64,000 bases of DNA from an uncultured Actinomycetota bacterium. GTDB lineage: Bacteria; Actinomycetota; Actinomycetes; JAFAQI01. The position numbers and the translations under genes were made by a program. Position 1 is the stretch's first letter; the number at the start of each line of letters is the position of its first letter. Below, in pieces: positions 1 to 11,154 of the stretch. The DNA lies in assembly GCA_963770565.1 (NCBI GenBank), contig CAVYQE010000002.1:288001-352000 (forward strand), in the 5' to 3' direction. The notes beneath the pieces are model-generated. The model was not told the origin of the DNA, did not search any database, and saw only the letters and a list, made by a program, of their open reading frames with translations.

Positions 1-287
1 TTGCGGCGCGCCGCCTGCTCGTGCACCGCCGGGGCGACTCCGTGCGCCGAGAAGACCACGACGGCGCCCTCGGGCACCTGCTCAGTCTCGTCGACGAAGA
101 TCGCACCGAGGCCCTCGAGCTGGGCCACGACGTGGGAGTTGTGGACGATCTGCTTGCGGACGTAGACCGGCGCACCGAAGCGCTCAAGCGCGATCTCGAC
201 GGTCTGAACCGCTCGATCCACCCCCGCGCAATAGCCGCGCGGAGCGGCGAGCAGCACGCGGCGCTGTGCGCCCTGTGGATCGGCCAT
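1..287 (-). CDS. ispH: 4-hydroxy-3-methylbut-2-enyl diphosphate reductase, 5' part (runs off window)
   Basis: Manual translation [27 protein letters not shown]...[10 protein letters not shown]...[10 protein letters not shown] shows IspH/LytB motifs; divergent from xseA as is usual. Not in the ORF track. Confidence 0.95.
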   Translation of the reverse strand, partial: MADPQGAQRRVLLAAPRGYCAGVDRAVQTVEIALERFGAPVYVRKQIVHNSHVVAQLEGLGAIFVDETEQVPEGAVVVFSAHGVAPAVHEQAARR

Positions 288-323
288 CACGATCCCATCG
301 TAGGTCGCCCCTAGGCTGAGCCG

Positions 324-1541
324 ATGCCGCTGGAGTCCAGCCCCGAGTCGCCGGTTCCGGTTCGCGTCGTCGCGAAGCTGATCGGCGACTGGATCGGCCG
401 GTTGGGACGGGTGTGGGTCGAGGGCCAGGTGACCGAGCTCACCCGGCGGCCCGGCCAGTCGACCGCGTTCCTGGTCCTGCGCGACACCGCCGCCGAGATG
501 TCGCTGCGGGTGAGCTGTCGCGGCCATCTGCTTGACGCCCTCGACGCGCCGTTGACCGAGGGCGCCCGGATCGTGGTCTGGGGCCGACCTGAGTACTGGG
601 CGGCCCGGGGCTCGTTGACCTTCACCGCCTACGACATCAAGCCGGTGGGGATCGGTGCGCTGCTCGCCCGGCTCGAGGAGCTGCGCAAGCTGCTCGCCGC
701 CGAAGGGTTGTTCGCGGCCGAGCGGAAGCGGCCGCTGCCGTTCCTGCCGCGCCAGGTCGGGTTGGTCACCGGCCGGGCCAGCGCCGCTGAACGCGATGTC
801 GTCGAGAACGCCCGCCGACGCTGGCCCGCGGTGAGCTTCCAGATCGAGCCGGTGGCGGTCCAGGGCCCGTACGCCGTCACCGAGGTGATCGCCGCCGTGC
901 AGCGCCTCGACGCCGACCCGGTCATCGACGTGATCGTGATCGCCCGCGGTGGCGGGTCGATGGAGGACTTGCTGGTCTTTTCCGACGAGTCCCTTGTCAG
1001 AGCGGTCGCGGCCTGCTTCACCCCGATCGTCTCCGCGATCGGTCACGAGACCGACACCCCGCTGCTCGACCATGCCGCCGACCGACGCGCATCGACCCCG
1101 ACTGATGCCGGCAAGCTGATCGTCCCCGACGTCGCGGAGGAGCTGGCCAGGGTCAGCGCGCTGATCGACCGGGCCAGGCGTTGCGTCGCGGGCCGGCTCG
1201 ACTCCGAGCAACATCGGCTCGACGCACTACGCACCCGGCCGGCGCTCGCCGACCCGCTCGGCACTCTTGCCGGCTGGCGGCTCGACCTCGAAGCGGTCCG
1301 CGAGCGTGGTCGGCGCGCGACCCTGGGCGCCCTGGCCCAGGCCACCGCCGAGATCGCGGCCCTGCGCGGCCAGGTCGTGGCACTGTCACCGCAGGCGACG
1401 CTTGACCGCGGTTACTCGGTTCTTCAGCGCGCCGACGGCACGATTGCCCGCGACGCCGACGAGCTTCGCCGCGGGGAGCGGCTGACCGGTCGGCTGGCCC
1501 GCGGCCGGGTCCCACTGGTCGTCGAGGAGATGGCGCAATGA
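324..1541 (+). CDS. xseA: Exodeoxyribonuclease VII large subunit
   Basis: [38 protein letters not shown] motifs. Confidence 0.97.
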   Translation: MPLESSPESPVPVRVVAKLIGDWIGRLGRVWVEGQVTELTRRPGQSTAFLVLRDTAAEMSLRVSCRGHLLDALDAPLTEGARIVVWGRPEYWAARGSLTFTAYDIKPVGIGALLARLEELRKLLAAEGLFAAERKRPLPFLPRQVGLVTGRASAAERDVVENARRRWPAVSFQIEPVAVQGPYAVTEVIAAVQRLDADPVIDVIVIARGGGSMEDLLVFSDESLVRAVAACFTPIVSAIGHETDTPLLDHAADRRASTPTDAGKLIVPDVAEELARVSALIDRARRCVAGRLDSEQHRLDALRTRPALADPLGTLAGWRLDLEAVRERGRRATLGALAQATAEIAALRGQVVALSPQATLDRGYSVLQRADGTIARDADELRRGERLTGRLARGRVPLVVEEMAQ

Positions 1542-1783
1542 GCGACGCACCCGGCTCGGCCGACCGACCGACCTACGAGCAGGCGCGTGCGGAGCTCGTC
1601 GAGGTGGTCCGGGCGCTCGAAGCCGGTGGCGCGACCCTGGAAGAGTCACTGGCGCTGTGGGAGCGCGGCGAGGCGCTCACCGCGATCTGCCAGGAATGGC
1701 TCGACGGCGCCAAGCAGCGCCTCGACGCCGCCCGGATCGCCACCGGCGAGGCCGAGACCGACGGGGCCGACCCCGATTCGTGA
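1538..1783 (+). CDS. xseB: Exodeoxyribonuclease VII small subunit
   Basis: TYEQARAELVEVVRALEAGGATLEESLALWERG; ATGA overlap with xseA. Confidence 0.96.
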   Translation: MSDAPGSADRPTYEQARAELVEVVRALEAGGATLEESLALWERGEALTAICQEWLDGAKQRLDAARIATGEAETDGADPDS

Positions 1784-1799
1784 GGCCACACCCGCGGGG

Positions 1800-2348
1800 T
1801 CAGTGCAGCGACGCCGCGAGCAGCTGAAGCTGGGCCTGCGTCGCGCTCCCCGTGATGACCTCGGTGAGACCCGCGTTCGTGTGGACCAGCGAATACTCGC
1901 CGCGCGCGGACCGAAGGGTCTGCCAGGCCGCCCCGCCGACGGCGACGGTGCCGGTCGCCGAACCAATCGGCACTCCGAGCACCAATGACACGAAGCCGGC
2001 CGGCGGGCCCACGGTCTCATCGAGCCCGGCGTACTGGGCGCCCGGCACGTCGAACCCGATCTGGAGGTGCGCGGTGGTGCGGGTGCCGGTCAGCGCCGCG
2101 GCGTTGGCCGACCAGCTGCTCGGCAGCGACCGCGGGGTCAGCGCGGGACGCCCGGTCAGCTGGTGGAAGCCGGCGACGTAGTCGCTGTAGTCGGTCGCGG
2201 GAAATCGTTGGGATTTGCTCGGGTGGAACAGACCCGGCACGAAGATCAGCGTCACCGCAGCGATCACCGCGACCAGCCCGAGCGAGCGCACCATGTCGGC
2301 CACCGACTCGCGGCCACGCTTCGGCCTGGCGACGTCAGTCGTCGTCAC
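1800..2348 (-). CDS. DUF4245-family membrane-anchored protein
   Basis: DMVRSLGLV followed by a TM helix, LPSSWSANAA, C-terminal VITGSATQAQLQLLAASL; usual position between xseB and glpX; GTG start chosen manually. Confidence 0.75.
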   Translation of the reverse strand: MTTTDVARPKRGRESVADMVRSLGLVAVIAAVTLIFVPGLFHPSKSQRFPATDYSDYVAGFHQLTGRPALTPRSLPSSWSANAAALTGTRTTAHLQIGFDVPGAQYAGLDETVGPPAGFVSLVLGVPIGSATGTVAVGGAAWQTLRSARGEYSLVHTNAGLTEVITGSATQAQLQLLAASLH

Positions 2349-3498
2349 GGATCCGCACCATCTCATCGAGCACGGCCACGCACTCTTCGGCCGTGGAGAA
2401 GAAGTGTGGTCCGATCCGGATGCCTCCGCCGGGACGGAAGTCGACGATGAATCCACGCTCGATCAGCACCTGATGGACCCGCTCCGCGTCCGGCACGTCG
2501 ATCGTGACGTGCCCGCCGCGGCGGTGCGGGTCGAGTGGTGACCGTACGGCGAAGCCCCGCTCGAGCGCACCGTCCACGATCGTCTGGGTCAGCGCCTGCG
2601 AGCGCTCGCGCACCCGGCCGATGCCGATGTCGACGATCGCCTGGTATCCCGGCGACGCCGCGTAGGCAGCGGGCACATTCGGCGTGCCGCCGGCGAAGCG
2701 CTGAATGCCTGTGGCATAAGCGATTTCGGCCCATTCGAAGTCGAAAGGCCGGGCGTGCGAGATCCAGCCGACCGCGCTCGGCCGGAGCGTCTCCACCAGG
2801 TCCGGCCGGATGTAGAGCCAGCCGTTGCCCGGCCCGCCGCAGAGGAACTTCACCGAGCCGCCGACGCACACATCAATGTCGTTCGCGGTGACCTCGACCG
2901 GCAGCACGCCGGCGGCCTGATAGGCATCGAGGATCAACAGTGCGTCGTGCTGCCGCGCCGCGTCGCGGACCGGCTCGAGGTCGAGCAGCGCCGAGGTCCG
3001 GAACTGCACGAGGCTCACCGAGACGACCGCCGTACGGTCGTCGATCGTCTCGGCCACTCGCTGCGGATCGATCGTGATGCCGTCGGGCTCGTACGGCACG
3101 ACCACGAGCTCCCCGCCATGGCGGCGACAGTGCTCCGACCACATGTAGTGCGTGCCGGGCCAATCCGCTGCGGTCGACACCACTCGGTTGCGGGTGGGGG
3201 TGAAGTCGACGCAGGAGACCACGGCATTGATCGCGTCGGCCACCGCCTGCCGCAGGATCGTCGTGCCGGGTGCCGCGCCGATGATCGCGCCGAGCAGGTC
3301 GGCGACCCGGCCCATCTCCGGAAACCAGGTCGACCACGCGGAGACGCCGTCGGTGTCCCAGAGCGAGGCGAACTCGGCCAGCTTGGTCGCGGTCTCGCGG
3401 TGCATGGCTCCGAGCGAGTTGTTGATCAGGTACGCCGCCTTGCGATCCACGATCGGGTAGTCGACGCGGCGGGCCAGGAGGTCGTCATGCACCCGCAC
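2335..3498 (-). CDS. PLP-dependent aminotransferase class V (kynureninase-like)
   Basis: YLINNSLGAM, ILDAYQAAG, GGSVKFLCGGPG (PLP lysine), RRGGHV, GIRIGPHFF. Confidence 0.85.
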   Translation of the reverse strand: MRVHDDLLARRVDYPIVDRKAAYLINNSLGAMHRETATKLAEFASLWDTDGVSAWSTWFPEMGRVADLLGAIIGAAPGTTILRQAVADAINAVVSCVDFTPTRNRVVSTAADWPGTHYMWSEHCRRHGGELVVVPYEPDGITIDPQRVAETIDDRTAVVSVSLVQFRTSALLDLEPVRDAARQHDALLILDAYQAAGVLPVEVTANDIDVCVGGSVKFLCGGPGNGWLYIRPDLVETLRPSAVGWISHARPFDFEWAEIAYATGIQRFAGGTPNVPAAYAASPGYQAIVDIGIGRVRERSQALTQTIVDGALERGFAVRSPLDPHRRGGHVTIDVPDAERVHQVLIERGFIVDFRPGGGIRIGPHFFSTAEECVAVLDEMVRIRDDD

Positions 3499-3556
3499 AG
3501 CCTGTCATGTCCGAATCCCGCTAGAGATCCGTCCGGCCAGCGGCGAAGATAGATCC

Positions 3557-4993
3557 GTGCATGAGGACCACGACCGCTGCTACCGGGCCGTCGCCAGCCG
3601 CGACTCCCGCTTCGACGGGCGCTTTGTGACCGCGGTCACGACCACCGGCATCTACTGCCGGCCATCCTGCCCGGCGCAGACGCCGAGGCGAGAGAACGTC
3701 CGCTTCTACCCATGCGCGGCCGCCGCCGTCGCAGCCGGCTTCCGGGCCTGCAAGCGCTGCCGGCCGGAGGCCGCACCCGGCTCGCGCGAATGGGACCTCC
3801 GCGGTGACCTCGCGGCGCGAGCCCTGCGGGCGATCGCGGGTGGCGTCCTCGACGGCGCGAGTGGCGACTCGGCGGGTGGCATTCCTGCGCTCGCCCGGTC
3901 ACTCCACGTCAGCGAGCGACACCTGCACCGGGTGCTGGTCGCGGAAGTCGGCGCGGGCCCGCTGGCGCTGGCCCGGACCCGGCGCGCCCAGACCGCACGG
4001 CTGCTGCTCGACGCCACCGATCTGCCGATCACGACGGTCGCGTTCACGGCTGGCTTCGCCAGCCTCCGCCAGTTCAACGACACCATGCGCGAGCACTTCG
4101 GCATGCCGCCCCGGGAGATCCGTCGGCGCCCCTCGGCACAGCTGGCCGGGACCGGTTCGCTCACCCTGCGGCTCGCGGTCCGAACCCCGTACGCCGCGGG
4201 CCCGTTCCTCGGCTGGCTGCGCCCGCACCTGCTGACCGGGGTCGAGGAGCTCGAGGACGCGACGTACCGGCGGGTGCTGCCGTCCGGATCCGTGGTCGAG
4301 ATGCAGATCGGCGGGGATGCGGTCAGCCTCACCACCCGGATCGACGACGTCCGGGCACTTCCCGACACCGTGAGCCGGTGCCGGCGGATGCTCGATGCCG
4401 ACGCCGACCCGGTCGCAGTCGACGCGGCGCTGAGCGAGGATCCGCAGCTCGCGCCGCTGGTGGCGGCCCGCCCCGGGCTGCGCGTGCCGGGGGCCGCGGA
4501 CGGCTTCGAGCTGCTCGTGCGCACCGTGCTCGCGCAGCAGGTCTCACTGACCGCTGCGCACACGTTCGCCCGCCGCCTGGTCGACGCCTACGGCAAACCG
4601 CTGGACGCCCCCTCGGGCACGCTGACCGCCTGCTTCCCCACCGCCGACGTGCTCGCCGACGCCTCCTTCGACGGGATCGGCCTGACCGGCGGGCGGATCC
4701 GCACGGTTCGGGCGGTCGCCGCCGCGTACACGGCGGGTGACCTGACCCTCGACCCGAGCGCGGATCGCGACGAGACCCGCGCCCGGTTGCTGGCACTGCC
4801 GGGGATCGGGCCGTGGACGGCCGACTACGTCGCGATGCGCGCGCTCGGTGACCCGGACGCGTTCCCCGGCAGCGACCTCGTCCTGCGCCGCCGGGCAGCT
4901 GACCTCACGCCAGAACGCTGGCGGCCGTGGCGTTCGTACGCCGCGATGCACCTGTGGATCGACCACCTGATGACGACTGGAGCCTTGGCATGA
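3557..4993 (+). CDS. alkA: Bifunctional Ada-type regulator / DNA-3-methyladenine glycosylase (AdaA-AlkA)
   Basis: TTGIYCRPSC...GFRACKRC Zn site, AraC HTH (AGFASLRQFN), HhH LPGIGPWTADY, WRPWRSYA. Confidence 0.93.
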   Translation: MHEDHDRCYRAVASRDSRFDGRFVTAVTTTGIYCRPSCPAQTPRRENVRFYPCAAAAVAAGFRACKRCRPEAAPGSREWDLRGDLAARALRAIAGGVLDGASGDSAGGIPALARSLHVSERHLHRVLVAEVGAGPLALARTRRAQTARLLLDATDLPITTVAFTAGFASLRQFNDTMREHFGMPPREIRRRPSAQLAGTGSLTLRLAVRTPYAAGPFLGWLRPHLLTGVEELEDATYRRVLPSGSVVEMQIGGDAVSLTTRIDDVRALPDTVSRCRRMLDADADPVAVDAALSEDPQLAPLVAARPGLRVPGAADGFELLVRTVLAQQVSLTAAHTFARRLVDAYGKPLDAPSGTLTACFPTADVLADASFDGIGLTGGRIRTVRAVAAAYTAGDLTLDPSADRDETRARLLALPGIGPWTADYVAMRALGDPDAFPGSDLVLRRRAADLTPERWRPWRSYAAMHLWIDHLMTTGALA

Positions 4994-5478
4994 CCCTCGA
5001 CGCCACCACCTTGACCACCCCTGTCGGCGACCTCACGTTGGTCGCCCGAGACGACGTCCTGGTCGCGGCCGGGTTCGACACCGTCGACGCGATGACGGCC
5101 CGGCTCGACAACGAGCCGGTGACGGTTCGCCCCGACCTCCGCCGGCTGTCGGTCGCGGTGGCGGCGTACTTCGAGGGCGACGTCCACGCCCTTGACGACC
5201 TGCCGGTGTCGCAACCGGGCGGCGACTTCCACCAGGCCGCATGGAAGGTCATGCGCGAGGTGCCACCCGGCGAGACGATCACCTACGCCGAGTTGGCCGC
5301 ACGGGCCGGAAACCCGCAGGCGGTGCGGGCGGCCGGCAGCGCGTGCGCGCGCAACCTGATCGCGCCGATCGTGCCTTGCCACCGCATCGTCCGCACCGGC
5401 GGCGCACTCGGCGGCTACTACTACGGCCTCCCGACTAAGCAGTGGCTGCTGGCCCACGAAGGGCGCTTCGCCAGGTAG
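4990..5478 (+). CDS. ogt: Methylated-DNA--protein-cysteine methyltransferase
   Basis: IVPCHRIV active site, GETITYAELA; ATGA coupling with alkA. Confidence 0.93.
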   Translation: MTLDATTLTTPVGDLTLVARDDVLVAAGFDTVDAMTARLDNEPVTVRPDLRRLSVAVAAYFEGDVHALDDLPVSQPGGDFHQAAWKVMREVPPGETITYAELAARAGNPQAVRAAGSACARNLIAPIVPCHRIVRTGGALGGYYYGLPTKQWLLAHEGRFAR

Positions 5479-5487
5479 AACAGCGGG

Positions 5488-6093
5488 ATGGAGTTTTCCG
5501 AGGTCCTGCGCCAACGGCGGATGATCCGCCACTATCTCGACCAGCCGGTGGATCCCGAGGTGGTCGAACGGGTCCTTGCCGCGGGTCTGCGAGCACCGTC
5601 GGCCGGGTTCTCCCAGGGGTACGCCCTGCTGGTACTCGAATCGCCCGAGGACCGGGCCCGGTTCTGGGAAGTGACCGACACCGAGCCCGAGACCGCGAGC
5701 TGGCCGGCCGACACCCGGGCCGGCGTGATGCGGGTGCCGGTCATCGTGGTCGCGCTGTCGTGCAAGCGGGTCTACCTGGACCGCTACGCACAGGACGACA
5801 AGGGCTGGACCGATCGTGACGAGTCACGGTGGCCGGTCCCGTTCTGGCACATCGACACCGGCATGGTCGCGTTGCTGATGCTGTTGCAGGCCGTCGACGA
5901 GGGCCTCGGCGCGCTGTTCATCGGGATGCAGCCCGAGGTGATCCCGGCATTCCGGGCCGAGTTCGGCGTACCGGACGACCATGACGTCGTCGGGGTGGTG
6001 TGCTTCGGTCACGCCGATCCGGAGGCGCCCAAGCGCAACCTGTCCAGCCGGCGCCGGGCGACCGAGGACGTCGTCCATCGCGGCCGGTGGTGA
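5488..6093 (+). CDS. Nitroreductase family protein
   Basis: [26 protein letters not shown]. Confidence 0.88.
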   Translation: MEFSEVLRQRRMIRHYLDQPVDPEVVERVLAAGLRAPSAGFSQGYALLVLESPEDRARFWEVTDTEPETASWPADTRAGVMRVPVIVVALSCKRVYLDRYAQDDKGWTDRDESRWPVPFWHIDTGMVALLMLLQAVDEGLGALFIGMQPEVIPAFRAEFGVPDDHDVVGVVCFGHADPEAPKRNLSSRRRATEDVVHRGRW

Positions 6094-6109
6094 CCGCCGG
6101 GCGACCGCG

Positions 6110-6712
6110 TCAGCCGGTGCCGACCCGCCGGAGCAACTCGACGAACTCGTCGGCCAGCCGCATCGCCGCCTTCTCGGTCTCCTGCACCGCGACCTCGCGA
6201 CCGGCTTCCGCGACGATGCTGGTCAGGACGACCACGATGGTGTCGCCGAGCGGCTGGTCCACGGTGTCGAGCAAGGCGGTGTTGACTCGGACCCACTCGC
6301 GATAGCGCCGGCGCGCGATCAGCTCGAAACCCGGTGGGCCGCCGCCGTCGAGAAACACCCGGGCGAGGTTGCGCTCCTCCCAACACCCGCGCAGATACGC
6401 CGCGGCTCCGACGAGGAACAGCTGGAGCGTGTCGACGACCCCGCGCGCCCGAGCCTCGCGGACCGCCTCGGCGGCGCGGTGCTCCTGCCGGGCCTGGTAG
6501 TCGTCGAACAGCGCCAGATAGAGGTCGGCCTTGCCGCCGAAATGGTGGTACAGACTGCCGACGCTGGCGCCGGCGCGCGCCACCACGTCGGTGATGTTCG
6601 CGTCCGCGAAGCCCCCAGCGGCGAACGCATCACTCGCCGCCGACAGGAGCGAGGCACGGGTCGCCTGAGCGCGACCCCCGGTGCGCTCACCCGACGTACG
6701 CCGACTCGGCAC
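6110..6712 (-). CDS. TetR-family transcriptional regulator
   Basis: [35 protein letters not shown]. Confidence 0.9.
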   Translation of the reverse strand: MPSRRTSGERTGGRAQATRASLLSAASDAFAAGGFADANITDVVARAGASVGSLYHHFGGKADLYLALFDDYQARQEHRAAEAVREARARGVVDTLQLFLVGAAAYLRGCWEERNLARVFLDGGGPPGFELIARRRYREWVRVNTALLDTVDQPLGDTIVVVLTSIVAEAGREVAVQETEKAAMRLADEFVELLRRVGTG

Positions 6713-6781
6713 GGCGTCACTCTTTCACTTCCTTCCCCGCTGGGGCGACCAAGTCCCCGACTCGGTGGGAGGATCACGCAC

Positions 6782-7813
6782 ATGACGGACACCACCGTGC
6801 CCGGCTCCCTCCGTGTCGGCGGAGAGCAGCCCGACCGAAACCTCGCCCTCGAACTGGTCCGAGTAACCGAGGCGGCGGCAATGGCCGCGGGCCGCTGGGT
6901 CGGCCGGGGCGACAAGCACGGTGCCGACCAAGCTGCCGTCAACGCGATGCGCCAACTCGTGTCGACCGTGTCGATGAAGGGCACCGTCGTCATCGGCGAG
7001 GGCGAGAAGGACGAAGCGCCGATGCTCTACAACGGCGAAGAGGTCGGCGACGGCAACGGCCCGGACTGCGATGTCGCGGTCGACCCGGTCGACGGTACGA
7101 CGCTGACCGCCAAGGGCATGACCAACGCGATCTCGGTCATGGCGGTGGCCGACCGCGGTGCGATGTATGACCCGTCCGCGCTGTTCTACATGCAGAAGCT
7201 GGTCACCGGCCCGGCCGCCGCGCAGCTGGTGGACATCGAGGCACCGGTCGAGCACAACGTCCAGGCAGTCGCGAAGGCAAAGGGCTGCTCGCCCGAGGAC
7301 GTCACCGTCGTCGTCCTCGACCGTCCCCGCCACGCAGACCTCGTTCAGGAGATCCGGGAGGCCGGCGCCCGGATCCGGTTCATCCAGGACGGCGATGTCG
7401 CCGGCGCGATCATGGCCGCGCGCGACGGCACCGGGGTCGACCTGCTCCTCGGCGTCGGCGGCACCCCCGAGGGGATCATCGCCGCGAGCGCGCTCAAGTG
7501 CCTCGGCGGGGTGATCCTCGGCAAGCTCTGGCCGCGCAACGACGAGGAGCGGCAGCGGGCGATCGACGCCGGCCACGATCTCAACCGGGTGCTTGACACC
7601 AACGACCTGGTCAGCGGCAACAACGTCTTCTTCGTAGCGACCGGGGTCACCGACGGCGAGCTGCTCGAAGGCGTTCGCTACTTCGCCGGCGGCGCGAGCA
7701 CCCACTCGCTCGTGATGCGGTCCAAGAGTGGCACGATCCGCTCGATCCACAGCGACCACAAACTGACCAAGCTCCGCGCCTACAGCTCGGTTGACTTCGA
7801 CCACCACGCCTGA
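6782..7813 (+). CDS. glpX: Class II fructose-1,6-bisphosphatase
   Basis: [42 protein letters not shown]; real start at ATG 6782 inside the longer ORF. Confidence 0.97.
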   Translation: MTDTTVPGSLRVGGEQPDRNLALELVRVTEAAAMAAGRWVGRGDKHGADQAAVNAMRQLVSTVSMKGTVVIGEGEKDEAPMLYNGEEVGDGNGPDCDVAVDPVDGTTLTAKGMTNAISVMAVADRGAMYDPSALFYMQKLVTGPAAAQLVDIEAPVEHNVQAVAKAKGCSPEDVTVVVLDRPRHADLVQEIREAGARIRFIQDGDVAGAIMAARDGTGVDLLLGVGGTPEGIIAASALKCLGGVILGKLWPRNDEERQRAIDAGHDLNRVLDTNDLVSGNNVFFVATGVTDGELLEGVRYFAGGASTHSLVMRSKSGTIRSIHSDHKLTKLRAYSSVDFDHHA

Positions 7814-7842
7814 ACACTTCCGCGCTGCGGAACAATGAACGT

Positions 7843-9258
7843 ATGAGCACTGAGGAGTTCCGGATCGAGCACGACTCGATGGGCGAAGTACGAGTGCCGA
7901 AGGACGCGCTCTGGCGAGCCCAGACCCAGCGCGCGGTCGAGAACTTCCCGCTGTCCGGGGTCACGGTCGACCCCGCCCTGATCGCCTCGCTCGGCGCGAT
8001 CAAGTCCGCGGCCGCAACCGTCAACGCCGAGCTCGGGGTGGTCGACGGTGACATCGCGGCCGCGATCGCGGCCGCGGCCGACGAAATCGCCGCTGGACAG
8101 CACGACGACGCGTTCCCGATCGACGTCTACCAGACCGGTTCCGGGACCTCGACGAACATGAACGCCAACGAGGTCATCGCCACCTTGGCCTCGCGGCACC
8201 TCGGCCGCGACGTGCACGCGAACGATCATGTCAACGCCTCGCAGTCGTCCAACGACGTCTTCCCGTCCGCGATCCATATCGCCGCGGTCGGCTCGATCAC
8301 TGCGGGGTTGATCCCCTCGTTGCGACACCTCGAAGCCTCGCTCGCCCGGAAGGCATCGGAGTGGGCCGACGTGGTCAAGAGCGGCCGCACTCACCTGATG
8401 GATGCGACCCCGGTGACACTGGGCCAGGAGTTCGGCGGGTACGCCGCAGCGATCCGCTACGGGGTCGAGCGGCTCGAGTCCTCGCTCCCACGGATCGGAG
8501 AACTTCCGCTCGGCGGCACCGCGGTCGGTACCGGCATCAACGCCCCCGCCGAGTTTGCCCCTCGGGTGATCGCAAACCTGAAGGCCAAGCTCGAATTACC
8601 GCTGTCCGAAGCCCGCAACCACTTCGAGGCCCAGGGCGCACGCGATTCTCTGGTCGAGGCGAGCGGACAACTCCGGACCATCGCGGCGAGTCTCTACAAG
8701 CTTGCGAACGACCTGCGCTGGATGTCGTCGGGCCCCCGCGCCGGGCTCAGTGAGATCCACCTGCCCGATCTGCAGCCGGGCTCCTCGATCATGCCGGGCA
8801 AGGTCAACCCGGTCATCCCCGAAGCGGTCTGCCAGATCGTCGCGCAGGTCATCGGGAACGACGCGGCGGTGGCGTTCGGGGGCGCGGCGGGCAATCTCGA
8901 GCTCAACGTGATGCTGCCGGTCATCGCCCGCAACCTGCTCGAGTCGATCCGCCTGCTGGCCAACTGCTCGCGGCTGCTCGCCGACCGATGCATCGATGAC
9001 ACGACCGCGAACGTCGAACGATGCCGGACCTATGCCGAGTCATCCCCCTCGATCGTCACGCCGCTGAACCGCTTCATCGGCTACGAGAAGGCAGCGAAAG
9101 CGGCAAAGAAGGCGCTCGCCGACGGTAAGACGGTGCGTCAGGCCGTCGTCGACCTCGGCTTCGTCGGCGACGGCGATGGCCAGGTGACCGAGGCCGAGCT
9201 CGACGAGGCGCTCGACGTCCTGTCGATGGCATATCCGCACGGCCGGCCCCACGGCTGA
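7843..9258 (+). CDS. fumC: Class II fumarate hydratase
   Basis: [29 protein letters not shown] signature. Confidence 0.97.
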   Translation: MSTEEFRIEHDSMGEVRVPKDALWRAQTQRAVENFPLSGVTVDPALIASLGAIKSAAATVNAELGVVDGDIAAAIAAAADEIAAGQHDDAFPIDVYQTGSGTSTNMNANEVIATLASRHLGRDVHANDHVNASQSSNDVFPSAIHIAAVGSITAGLIPSLRHLEASLARKASEWADVVKSGRTHLMDATPVTLGQEFGGYAAAIRYGVERLESSLPRIGELPLGGTAVGTGINAPAEFAPRVIANLKAKLELPLSEARNHFEAQGARDSLVEASGQLRTIAASLYKLANDLRWMSSGPRAGLSEIHLPDLQPGSSIMPGKVNPVIPEAVCQIVAQVIGNDAAVAFGGAAGNLELNVMLPVIARNLLESIRLLANCSRLLADRCIDDTTANVERCRTYAESSPSIVTPLNRFIGYEKAAKAAKKALADGKTVRQAVVDLGFVGDGDGQVTEAELDEALDVLSMAYPHGRPHG

Positions 9259-9348
9259 CCGACGATCGGTTTTCCGTTTCGGTTGACAGCGCCGCGCCGG
9301 GTCGAAAAGACTTCGCCACCGTCGGGGGTCAAACCTGGGGTGGTCACC

Positions 9349-10476
9349 ATGGGTGTTCGGGTTACGACGATCGGTCTTGCTGCCGGCCTCGCTGTCATCG
9401 GGCTGGTGGCGATGCCGCTCACGGCCTCAGCAGCGCCGAAGATCAAAGCTATCGGTGCTCATACGATTCCCGGCAAGACCTACGCGTACGCCGTCGCCTG
9501 TCCGCCCGGCAAGACGGTGCCCAAGGAAACCTGCATGGTGGTCGGCCAGGACACGGCCGGCGGCAATGCGATCTCGCTCGTGCGCCGCGGCAAGCCGGGC
9601 GCGCCGAAGAGCACGACCGGCGGCCTCAGCGCCACCTGTCCGAGTGCCACCATCTGCGTCACCGGCGGCGCCGAGGACTCGAGCACCGCACCGGGCGGCG
9701 TGGTCGGAACGGTCAGCTGGTTCACCTCGGGCACGCTGACGAAGACCACCGTCGTCGACGGAACGAGCGACATAACCGGAGTGGGCTGCGAGACGCCGGC
9801 GTTGTGCGTCGCGTCCGGCTACATCAACGGCAAGTCGACCTCGAGCGGCACGGTGCAGCACGGCGAGGTCGCGATCGTCAAGAACACCTCCTCGACCGTG
9901 CATGCGCACCGGGTCGCCAAGACCGATCAGCTCTCCGGCGTCGGCTGCGACGCCAACGACTCGTGCGTGGTGGTCGGCTTCGGCGGCCCGACCTCGTCGA
10001 CGCACGGCCTCATCATCGTGGTCAAGCACAGCAAGGTCGGCGCGGCACGGACCGCGCCGGGCGCTGGTCAGCTCAACGACGTTTCCTGCGGCTCGTCGAC
10101 AACGTGCTGGGCCACCGGCGAACACCTATCCGCGAAGAAGGGCGTCCTCGAGGTCGTCACGGAGGTGCATAACGGCAAGCCGCTTCATGCCCGTGACATC
10201 CCCGAAGGCACCGCCGCGATCTCGTGCGTGTCCACGACGACCTGCTACCTCGCCGGCGGGAAGGCGCGAGGCAAGAGCGGCCAGTCGAGCACCGGTGAGG
10301 TCCTCCGGTTGGTCAAGGGCCACGTGAAAGCGATCACGCTCGTTCCACACACGATGGGATACAGCGGGATCTCGTGCCCGGTGAGCTCCTCGTGCCTGGT
10401 AACCGGACCGCAGAGCTTCCACAACCCGGGACCGAGCTCCTACTGGCGCTCTGACGTCGTCGTACTCAAGGTCTAA
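9349..10476 (+). CDS. Secreted Cys-repeat protein, probable 7-bladed beta-propeller
   Basis: Signal peptide ending ASA-A; seven repeats of an (S/G/A/T)C-x5-C-x3-G pattern, the first with a longer loop. Confidence 0.7.
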   Translation: MGVRVTTIGLAAGLAVIGLVAMPLTASAAPKIKAIGAHTIPGKTYAYAVACPPGKTVPKETCMVVGQDTAGGNAISLVRRGKPGAPKSTTGGLSATCPSATICVTGGAEDSSTAPGGVVGTVSWFTSGTLTKTTVVDGTSDITGVGCETPALCVASGYINGKSTSSGTVQHGEVAIVKNTSSTVHAHRVAKTDQLSGVGCDANDSCVVVGFGGPTSSTHGLIIVVKHSKVGAARTAPGAGQLNDVSCGSSTTCWATGEHLSAKKGVLEVVTEVHNGKPLHARDIPEGTAAISCVSTTTCYLAGGKARGKSGQSSTGEVLRLVKGHVKAITLVPHTMGYSGISCPVSSSCLVTGPQSFHNPGPSSYWRSDVVVLKV

Positions 10477-11144
10477 ACCGGCACGGCCCGGATCCAGCGG
10501 CCGGCCGAGTCCAGCCACCGGTCGAACCTCAACCCTTGCCGGTCGAGCGAAGTCGCGATCTGGGTGTCATCGACGCGCTCGGTAGTGAATCGATGGGTCC
10601 AGGTCTGATCGCCGATGCGATACGTCATGACCGCGGACAACTGCCCGGGCGCCGGGTGCGCGATCTCGCCGAGCGACATCACGACGCCGCCGACCTCGAC
10701 GGTCACCGCCTCGGCCTCATCGAACCAGGCCGGCTCATGTCGTTCGATCACGACGCAGCCGTTGGTCGCGACGTGCCGGGCGCAGGTGGCGAGGAACGCA
10801 TCGCGCTGCGGTGCCGGGCTGTTGATGAGGTGCGAGCAAAGCAGTACGCCGTCGAAGCGGCGACCGAGGTCCAGACCTTCGATGCTGGAGAGCACGGTTT
10901 CCGCACCCGTGATCCGAGCGAGCATCTCGGGTGAGTCGTCGACCGCGACGATGCGGTAGCCCTGGGCGATGAGCGCGTGTGTCACCCGCCCGGCACCCGC
11001 GCCGAGCTCGAGCAACGAGGCCGGCGGCGCCACGGCCGCGGCAACGATGTCCGGCTCGACTCCGGCGGGCAGCGCGGCGTAGACCTCGACCGAGCAGCCG
11101 TCGGCAGTGATCGCTCCAGGGCCGGTACCGGCACCGGGTGTCAC
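10473..11144 (-). CDS. Class I SAM-dependent methyltransferase
   Basis: LLELGAGAGRV, VAVDDSPEML. Confidence 0.85.
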   Translation of the reverse strand: MTPGAGTGPGAITADGCSVEVYAALPAGVEPDIVAAAVAPPASLLELGAGAGRVTHALIAQGYRIVAVDDSPEMLARITGAETVLSSIEGLDLGRRFDGVLLCSHLINSPAPQRDAFLATCARHVATNGCVVIERHEPAWFDEAEAVTVEVGGVVMSLGEIAHPAPGQLSAVMTYRIGDQTWTHRFTTERVDDTQIATSLDRQGLRFDRWLDSAGRWIRAVPV

Positions 11145-11154
11145 GAGCAGCCTC

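Noticed and set aside
5981-6781. 610-aa ORF suggesting an N-terminally extended GlpX
   Set aside because: The extension is the antisense of the TetR gene; GlpX homology starts at ATG 6782 after a GGGAGG RBS.
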